A DNA stretch of 31,538 nt from a virus (lineage: Duplodnaviria > Caudoviricetes): the IMG/VR virus record IMGVR_UViG_3300021354_000022, positions 1 through 31,538 of that record; one strand, 5' to 3'. The position numbers and the translations under genes were made by a program. Within the stretch, counting starts at the first letter, position 1. The number at the start of each line of letters is the position of its first letter. Below are positions 24,708 through 31,538 of the stretch, piece after piece. Under the pieces are notes generated by a model that ran no database searches, had not been told where the DNA came from, and saw only the letters and a program-made list of their open reading frames with translations.

Positions 24708-26321
24708 CTACTCATTTGTTGCTCCTTGTGCGCCACGAATCATTAATAATTCGGCTAATCTTTTTTGTTCATCTGTCATTTTAGGTGCTTTTGCGGCAAT
24801 TTGCCCTGCTTTATAGGCAGTTTCGCCCATTAAACGAGGACTTGTAGTGGCCATTGTTGCTAATGTGGCAGGAATGTGTGCTCCACCTGTTAATGCTGTT
24901 CCTAACAATGCGCTTACATCCAACCCTTGACCAACCAATCCTCTTGGTGTTTTGGCACTTAATGCCTGTCCAGCAATTGCTGGCATTAAATCACCACCAC
25001 TTGATTGCATTAATTTATTAGCTAATTCTTGGCGATAACCATAATTGGTATTTACATTGTTTCGCATTAAAGACTGAAGTTTATTCAAACCAGTAGCTAC
25101 AGAAGCCTTATCGCCTAAACTTAAAGAACGACTAATTTCTTTAACTAAATCTTGACCTTCTGAATAGCCTTTCATTACTTCATTGTATTTAGGGGCTTGG
25201 TCAGCTATTTCATTTTTAATGGAATGGTAAATATTTTGTGCAATAGTGCGAGCTTTTCCTGATTCAAAAGGGATTGTTTCAAGAATAGCGCCTACTTTTT
25301 GTTTTAAAGCATCCATACCTTCTGGGGTATGAAACTCTTTAGCAGGTAAGTTTTTCCATTCATCCACAGTTGAGCGAATTTCTTGCAATGCTTGACCAGC
25401 TTTAGGGTTAATGTTTTGACCCTTATAAGAAGCAATGTCTTTAGCTTCACTAATAGCTTTATCAATCCCTTGAAAACTTAATACAGACTTATCTGTACCA
25501 ACATCCATCATTCCCAATTTATATTCTTTGGAAATGTCTTGTTTCATGTTAGAAAGAGCGCCTTTGGCTTGGTTTAAAACATCTTCCATTGGTGCTAAAC
25601 CGCGCATATTTTCAACAAATGCTTGATTGTTTGTTTTGCCAGCTTTATATGCCTGGCTTAATGCTTCTTCTCCAGCACCAGTAGCCATGCCAACTTCTTT
25701 TCTTAATAAAGAAGCAAGCCCTTTTCCTCCTGCTACAACACCAGCAGGTACAGCACCTAATGCTGCATTTATAGGTGCTTCTTGTATTTTTTGTCCATAA
25801 AACTGACTACCTGTTTTGCCTGTTTCTTCAGGCATTAATGCGCTTTGCGCTACAGCACCACCCATTGTTTGTAAAACAGGCGCTGCTTTGGCAAAGCTAG
25901 GAATCATACCAATGCCTTTAGCAATACCAGCCGCAGGAGCTATAGCACCAGCAACTTGACCACCTAAATAAGACATTGGATTAGCTTCTTGATAAGGTTT
26001 AGCTTGTTCTGCCATACTTTGTGCAGTTTGACCGCCTACATTACCACCAGTAGCTAATTGAGCAGCACCTATAGGCACATCAACCATAGACTTTGTAAGA
26101 CCAGCCATAGCTGACTCTAATGGGCGTGGTTGCGCTTGAATATTTAATTGACCACGATTAATGGGGCGACCAAAAGCAGCACCACCAGCATTTTCACCAA
26201 ACTGACCACTAGAAGCAGGTGTAGGGGCTTGAGAAACTCCTAATTTAGCTTCTAATTGCGCTTTTGTTGTACCTTCAGGAACATTTTGTACAAGAGTGCC
26301 ATCTGGCATTAATACATCCAT
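24708..26321 (-). CDS. DNA ejection/internal virion protein (P22 gp16-like position)
   Basis: 537 aa Ala/Gly-rich helical protein; MPDG N-terminus, SPRLMGE motif; synteny. Confidence 0.7.
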   Translation of the reverse strand: MDVLMPDGTLVQNVPEGTTKAQLEAKLGVSQAPTPASSGQFGENAGGAAFGRPINRGQLNIQAQPRPLESAMAGLTKSMVDVPIGAAQLATGGNVGGQTAQSMAEQAKPYQEANPMSYLGGQVAGAIAPAAGIAKGIGMIPSFAKAAPVLQTMGGAVAQSALMPEETGKTGSQFYGQKIQEAPINAALGAVPAGVVAGGKGLASLLRKEVGMATGAGEEALSQAYKAGKTNNQAFVENMRGLAPMEDVLNQAKGALSNMKQDISKEYKLGMMDVGTDKSVLSFQGIDKAISEAKDIASYKGQNINPKAGQALQEIRSTVDEWKNLPAKEFHTPEGMDALKQKVGAILETIPFESGKARTIAQNIYHSIKNEIADQAPKYNEVMKGYSEGQDLVKEISRSLSLGDKASVATGLNKLQSLMRNNVNTNYGYRQELANKLMQSSGGDLMPAIAGQALSAKTPRGLVGQGLDVSALLGTALTGGAHIPATLATMATTSPRLMGETAYKAGQIAAKAPKMTDEQKRLAELLMIRGAQGATNE

Positions 26322-26330
26322 GTCTATTCC

Positions 26331-27443
26331 TTATGGCAAATCGTTAAAATTAACCACTTTTTTAGGTGCTTGTGGTACTTGTGAAGTTTGCGGCATTTGT
26401 GGCATTTGACCACTTACAGGCGCTCTAGCACCTTTTTCTAAATCAGACAAATAGCCTTTAAACCCATTTAGTTTATCTTCAATAGTTTTTGCATTGTCAT
26501 ATTCAGAAGGCAAGAATGAACTTAAGCGTTGCAATTCTTGTTTACTTTGAGCAGCACCTGCTCTTTCATTAATAACTTTTGACACCACATTGTATACATA
26601 AGAACGAGCAGCAGTTTGGTCAGCAGATTGAGTTCTACCAGCAAGGGTTTCACCTAATGGCATATTACCTGCAATGCCACGACCTAAACTAAACGCATTT
26701 GGCGTTTCTTTAACTGCTTTTAAAGCGCCTTCTATAACTGAGCGTTGTTGATTTATGCTAGAAACTTCATTTTTTTGCTTTGTGTCCAATGTTGCTGGTA
26801 ATGGTTGTCCACCAGCCATAACTGGTTGTGCTTGACCTGTACGAGTATTTACTAGCATAGGGCCATTGGCGGTTTCAACTACTTGGCCTGCTACAGGTTG
26901 ATGTGCTTTAGGGTATTCGGCAATTTTTTGTTTAGTAACAGGGTCTAGCAAAATGGTTGAATTGCCTGTGTCAATGCTAATTGGGGCATGATATTTAGTG
27001 CCGCCTTGACCAATAGTTTCCATTTGACCTGTAGCAATATTTCTGCGCTGACCAATTTCGCCTTCGCCATATTTTTGTGTTTTTAAATCTTCTGCAACCA
27101 ATGCTTTTATTGTTGGGTTTTGTGATTTAAGTCCAAATTGAATAGCTTTAGCAGGGTCAGTTTTTAACAATTCTGAATAAGTTTGAATATCTCCACGCAA
27201 AGCAGCAGCCAATTCAGCTTGCTTAGTATCTGCACGACCACTAATAGCTTCTCCTGCCAATACATTAGCCATAGGGTTTAATTGCTGAGTCCAGCTAGGA
27301 GCAACATAATGACCACTAATCATTTGACCTTGTGGTTGTTGCATACCTTTAGCCATTAGCAATTCAGCTAATTTGCGTTCACGACTTAAACCCTGTAATT
27401 CAGGATTGTAGTCAAGTGCTTCTTGTTCAGGAGTTAGTGCCAT
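26331..27443 (-). CDS. DNA ejection/internal virion protein (gp20-like position)
   Basis: 370 aa; PQGQMISGHYVAPSW; synteny. Confidence 0.7.
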   Translation of the reverse strand: MALTPEQEALDYNPELQGLSRERKLAELLMAKGMQQPQGQMISGHYVAPSWTQQLNPMANVLAGEAISGRADTKQAELAAALRGDIQTYSELLKTDPAKAIQFGLKSQNPTIKALVAEDLKTQKYGEGEIGQRRNIATGQMETIGQGGTKYHAPISIDTGNSTILLDPVTKQKIAEYPKAHQPVAGQVVETANGPMLVNTRTGQAQPVMAGGQPLPATLDTKQKNEVSSINQQRSVIEGALKAVKETPNAFSLGRGIAGNMPLGETLAGRTQSADQTAARSYVYNVVSKVINERAGAAQSKQELQRLSSFLPSEYDNAKTIEDKLNGFKGYLSDLEKGARAPVSGQMPQMPQTSQVPQAPKKVVNFNDLP

Positions 27444-28915
27444 TATGCTGTCCTTAATGCGTTTGCCATTGGGTTTATGCCAGAAACATCGTACATACCT
27501 TTAGTAGCTTGTGTTTGACCTGGAGTATTAAATGTAAATGGGTTTTGGTTCATTTTAATTTGATAGGGTACTGCACCAGCTTGTGCAGGAGCTATACTGC
27601 CTAAATACTTTGCTAAATCTTGTGGACTTAATCCACCTGTACCAGTTGTTGTTCCACCAGTTTTAGCTCCACCAGTTGCACTACCAGCAGCACTACCACC
27701 CAATAATTTAGCTAAAGTGCTTGCTGTACTAATACCTTGTTTTACTTGATTTGCTGTTTTTAAAATGTCTGCAAGTGATAATCCAGTAGAAGGAGCAAAT
27801 CCACCAATACCTACAGAACTTGCTGGAATTGCAGCACCTGAAGCATCTAAAGCAAATTGACCAGGTGCAGAAGAAGCATAAGTAGCACCAATAGTTGTAC
27901 CTAATGTGCCATCACCAACCATTACATTAGCTGGTAAAGCGCCTGTTAAACCGCCTTCGCCTAATGTTGTAGCACCAGCACCAGGAACTGCTCCAGAACC
28001 TTCTAAAGGCGCTGTTATTCCACCTGAAGCTCCTGAAGGCATACCAGTACCAAAACTAGAAATTTGTACATCAGGTGCATTTAATATTGCATCAGCACCA
28101 GGATACGAACTAGCATTTAAACTAGAACTAGCCAATTCAGGCACAGTAAAAGCAGAACCGCCAAATGAACCAGCATCTAATCCTGCGCCAGCCATGTAAG
28201 CATCTATGCTGCCAGCACCAGTAGCGCCAAGAGCAGTTTCTCCAGCAACAGTACCAGCCTCTAAAGCAGCAGCAGCAGGAGCTAAAGCACCAGCAGTAAT
28301 CATTGCAGCAAAAGCAGGAGCTACTTTCTCTATACCGCCTAAAGTAGCACCTTGACCTTGTCTTTGGGCTATATTAGTAGCGTGCCATTGTGCTGTATTT
28401 GCATAATTATTGGCAACTAAATTTTGAATTTGATTTGGGTCAAAACCAGCCTTTAAAGCATCTTGCATATTGCTTTGTATTCTTGCATTGGTATCAGCAT
28501 TAGTTTTACCTTGACCTGCATCCCAACCTGCTTTTCTTAAATCAAGGCTTAACTGTGCGTTGTAATAAGCATTAGGGTCTATTTGTTTGAAAGCGTCAAG
28601 TGCTACTGTATTTTCGGCTTCATTGGTAGATGTGCCACCAAATCCATGACCATTATTTGTAAATGAAGTAAATAAATCATCTGCTAATGATTGCGCTTTT
28701 TGAGCGTTATAAGCCTTGGGGTCAGTTTGTTGTAATTGAGCATCTGCTTGTGCTTTGGCATCATTTTGTTGCTGCATTTGATACAACATATAATCATATT
28801 CAGGATTTGATGAATTAGGATTTTGTTGAACAAATTGTTCTTGCGTCATAGGCGCATTAGACACATCCTGAACAGGTTGGTCAGGTCTACTAGCAAGGTC
28901 AGAAAATAATCCCAT
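27443..28915 (-). CDS. Gly/Ala-rich internal virion protein
   Basis: 490 aa low-complexity protein within the ejection cluster. Confidence 0.65.
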   Translation of the reverse strand: MGLFSDLASRPDQPVQDVSNAPMTQEQFVQQNPNSSNPEYDYMLYQMQQQNDAKAQADAQLQQTDPKAYNAQKAQSLADDLFTSFTNNGHGFGGTSTNEAENTVALDAFKQIDPNAYYNAQLSLDLRKAGWDAGQGKTNADTNARIQSNMQDALKAGFDPNQIQNLVANNYANTAQWHATNIAQRQGQGATLGGIEKVAPAFAAMITAGALAPAAAALEAGTVAGETALGATGAGSIDAYMAGAGLDAGSFGGSAFTVPELASSSLNASSYPGADAILNAPDVQISSFGTGMPSGASGGITAPLEGSGAVPGAGATTLGEGGLTGALPANVMVGDGTLGTTIGATYASSAPGQFALDASGAAIPASSVGIGGFAPSTGLSLADILKTANQVKQGISTASTLAKLLGGSAAGSATGGAKTGGTTTGTGGLSPQDLAKYLGSIAPAQAGAVPYQIKMNQNPFTFNTPGQTQATKGMYDVSGINPMANALRTA

Positions 28916-28922
28916 GATTTAT

Positions 28923-30593
28923 TTAACCGCCAATACCAGTTGTTCCACCAAATGCGCTTGCCCAATCAGTAGCAGCAGGTGCAGCATTACCAGTACCAGT
29001 TAAATTACCAAAAGCATCATAAGCGTTGCCTGTAACACCACCATTAGTAAGTCCTGCACCACCACTACTACCAAAATTTAAATTATTCCACCAGTTATTT
29101 ATGCCACCAGCAGCACCAGTTAAAGCACTTCCAAGACCTAAAAGACCTGTTCCTGCATTTGCCGCAGTTCCTGCTGTTCCTAATAAATTAGTTAAACCAC
29201 CACTACCTAACAAAGCAGCGCCACCTAGTCCATATAGACCTGATTGTGTATTAGCTGTTTTTGCATTGGCGGCATTTTGCGCTGCAATAGCTTGAGCATT
29301 TTGAGTAGAGTAAGCACCTAAATAATCAGGGCCAGCTACCGTTGCTTGTGTGTAAGGGTTTACATAACCAGGTTGTGTACCACTTTGGAAAGCACCTAAT
29401 TGCTGTAATGGACTGTTATAAGCATTATAATTTTGCGTAAAGTTTTGAGCTTGTGCAGCGTTATTGGCTTGAGTACCAGCTAATTGATTGGAAAAACCTT
29501 GTTGTCCTGTGGCGTTATTAAATCCAAGCCCAGCTAACTGATTTGTATAATTTTGCTGTGCAGCTTGGTTTCCAAGTTGTGTACCAGCCAACTGATTAGT
29601 ATAATTTTGTTGTGCAGCTTGATTTTGTAACTGTTGTGATTGCAAACCTTGACCAAAATTTTGAGCAATAGCAGAATTACTTAGTCCTAAATTAGCTAAT
29701 TGATTGCTATTTTGTTGAGTCAAAGCTGCATTATTAGCTTGCGTTCCAGCTAACTGATTTTGATAACCTTGCTGACCTAATTGATTATTAAAACCAAGAT
29801 TAGCTAATTGGTTGCTATTTTGTTGTGTAACAGCTTGATTACCAAATTGTCCAGCAGCCAAATTTTGATTAAACATTTGGTTTTGAACTTGAGAACCTTG
29901 TAATTGAGCTTGAGTTACTAAATCGTTTTGACCTTGGTTAAAGGTACGCATAGCGTTGTTATAGGCTTGAGTGCCAGGCACAATACCTTGGTTAGCTAAA
30001 GCAGCATTTTGTGATTCTTTGTCCTGCGCCATTTGTGGACTTAAACGGCTCATTAACAAATTGGTTGCAGCATCCCATCCTTGCATACCTGTTCCAGCAA
30101 CGCCAGTTTGCAAATTTCCAGCATTACCAATTCCAGCAAATTGTGGCCCTTGCCCAACTTGTCCTAATTGTGCTGCATTTCCCATTCCTTGAGCTTGTTG
30201 TCCTGCTCCAATACCATAGGCTTGTTGTGCTTGTCCTGCGCCTTGAGCTTGTTGAGCATTGCCAATTTGATTAAATTGTGGCCCTTGTCCTACTTGACCA
30301 GCTTGGTAAGGACTAGCACTAAATGGATTTGCAGAATTATTTGCTACATTTTGTTGAATATTATTTAACGCACCACCTAATTGACCATTTAAAGACTGAT
30401 TAGCAGTCCATACAGGGTTTCCATTAGCATCAGTAGATTGCGTGTAACTTAAATTGGCATAAGGAGTATTTTGATTTATTCGATTAGCAGCAGTAGCAGC
30501 TTGTGCTTGTTGCACATTGCCAGCCGTTGTTTGTTGCGCTGCATCTAAATAGGGGTTGCCAGTAGAATCTAATTTTTGTAAAGGAAGAGACAT
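28923..30593 (-). CDS. Gln/Asn-rich ejection (pilot, gp7-like position) protein
   Basis: NRINQNTPY, LANQGIVPG, NQLAG/NQLAN repeats, AGPDYLGA. Confidence 0.7.
   Translation of the reverse strand: MSLPLQKLDSTGNPYLDAAQQTTAGNVQQAQAATAANRINQNTPYANLSYTQSTDANGNPVWTANQSLNGQLGGALNNIQQNVANNSANPFSASPYQAGQVGQGPQFNQIGNAQQAQGAGQAQQAYGIGAGQQAQGMGNAAQLGQVGQGPQFAGIGNAGNLQTGVAGTGMQGWDAATNLLMSRLSPQMAQDKESQNAALANQGIVPGTQAYNNAMRTFNQGQNDLVTQAQLQGSQVQNQMFNQNLAAGQFGNQAVTQQNSNQLANLGFNNQLGQQGYQNQLAGTQANNAALTQQNSNQLANLGLSNSAIAQNFGQGLQSQQLQNQAAQQNYTNQLAGTQLGNQAAQQNYTNQLAGLGFNNATGQQGFSNQLAGTQANNAAQAQNFTQNYNAYNSPLQQLGAFQSGTQPGYVNPYTQATVAGPDYLGAYSTQNAQAIAAQNAANAKTANTQSGLYGLGGAALLGSGGLTNLLGTAGTAANAGTGLLGLGSALTGAAGGINNWWNNLNFGSSGGAGLTNGGVTGNAYDAFGNLTGTGNAAPAATDWASAFGGTTGIGG
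29455..29830 (-). repeat. Degenerate tandem coding repeats (NQLAGTQ / NQLANLG)
   Basis: About six imperfect copies within the 556-aa protein. Confidence 0.7.
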
Positions 30594-30654
30594 TATTTAC
30601 TCCAAATGAAAGTATTTTCTTTAACACCAAGGAGTCGGCAAATATGATTATATA

Positions 30655-31538
30655 TCATACTACGCCACCTTTTTCCATAACATAGTCTGTACTAGCCCAA
30701 TGTAATTCAATGTTACGACTTGCTGCGTTTAAATTGACTGAACCTGTGTACCCAATTCCAGTAACACCTTGCCAAATTTTGGTAGTAATTAAACCGCCAG
30801 CCCAGTTATTGTTATCCCATTTAGCGGTGTCCCAAATACCATCTGCTTGAGTGCTAGGGTTAAAAGAAACCGCACCTAATTGAGATTGAGTGTCAAAATC
30901 CACGCTAATACCGCATAAAACGGCTGGTATTCCACCTGTAGACTGTAGAATAGGTCTAACCATAGTAAATCGTTTTAACTGACCAGGACTATCAAAATAG
31001 CTATATGCTTGTTGTGCAGTTGCAGTAATATTTCCACCATCGTCTGACATATCACTATAAAAAGCGCCTACATAGCCATCACCACCAAAGTGCATATCAG
31101 AATTGCCTGAAACTTCCCATGCATAGGCTTGAATACCTGTAAACCTAGCCCATGACTTTGTAATGGTGTGCATTACATATTGTTCCATTCCGTTAGTAAT
31201 GGGAATGTTTAATATCAGCATATTTTCAGAGGCAAAATAGTTGATTTGCCAGCCAAAATTAGCATAATAGTTAGTTGCTGCAACGCTAATAGGGTAATAA
31301 ATCTTGTCTGTTAAGTTAATTCTTGGGTCTAAGCGGCTTGATTGCAAAGCTGAAGCCAATGGTACTAAACCGTCTTGAGTTAGCAAAAGAAGGTCACCAG
31401 CCCATTTAAAAAAGCATCTACGGTTAAAGGTTTGACCTAATTGCCATACGCCTTTTAATGCCCAAGTAGCTGCTGTATTAGGGTCTGTACCGTTATATAC
31501 AATAGCTTCACCCATACTGGTTACAAACACAGCATAAT
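30655..31538 (-). CDS. Tail hub/DNA-stabilisation protein (P22 gp10-like), 5'-truncated by window
   Basis: Beta-rich; GTDP...W, GDLLLLTQDG, KRFTMVRP, WDTAKWD; frame open to the window end. Confidence 0.8.
   Translation of the reverse strand, partial: YAVFVTSMGEAIVYNGTDPNTAATWALKGVWQLGQTFNRRCFFKWAGDLLLLTQDGLVPLASALQSSRLDPRINLTDKIYYPISVAATNYYANFGWQINYFASENMLILNIPITNGMEQYVMHTITKSWARFTGIQAYAWEVSGNSDMHFGGDGYVGAFYSDMSDDGGNITATAQQAYSYFDSPGQLKRFTMVRPILQSTGGIPAVLCGISVDFDTQSQLGAVSFNPSTQADGIWDTAKWDNNNWAGGLITTKIWQGVTGIGYTGSVNLNAASRNIELHWASTDYVMEKGGVV

Noticed and set aside
29455-30310. Repeats as a possible CRISPR array
   Set aside because: In-frame degenerate protein repeats without constant repeat/unique spacer structure.
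27906-30368. Plus-strand Pro/Ala-rich ORFs
   Set aside because: Antisense of Gly/Ala-rich codons in the ejection proteins.
1-31538. Alternative genetic code
   Set aside because: All major genes are intact under code 11 and TAA, TGA and TAG all act as stops.

Overview
This is most of a ~40% GC tailed-phage genome with a P22-like podovirus morphogenesis module and a lambdoid divergent early region. A Gram-negative host is inferred from the spanins; a freshwater betaproteobacterial host is only a guess. The window starts inside the major capsid gene and ends inside a gp10-like tail gene of the same minus-strand late operon, so probably only a few kb of structural genes lie outside it. Minus strand, right to left: tail hub, four ejection/internal proteins, an inserted HNH gene, tail fibre cassette, lysis cassette (holin, Rz/Rz1, GH108), Cro, PAPS-reductase-like enzyme, replication/accessory genes, TGT/DpdA-like gene plus queD, nucleases, Dps-like protein, ADP-ribosyltransferase, terS, terL, portal, Thr/Gly-rich fibre, glycosyltransferase, scaffold and coat. 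Plus strand: ERF/SSB/exonuclease recombination genes and a phosphoesterase-zincin pair. I saw no CI repressor, integrase, tRNA or CRISPR. The most unusual signals are non-coding. (1) A hairpin RNA displays UUUCCCCUUU, complementary to the AAGGGG-type ribosome-binding sites of six non-structural genes but not to the AGGA-type sites of structural genes. (2) There are further structured RNAs, including a pseudoknot. (3) Two mirror-image regulatory modules flank the early region. (4) A palindromic operator recurs five times. Also notable: a minimal 7-deazaguanine cassette, an ART with scaffold-like and ejection-protein-like tags, and no GATC site found.
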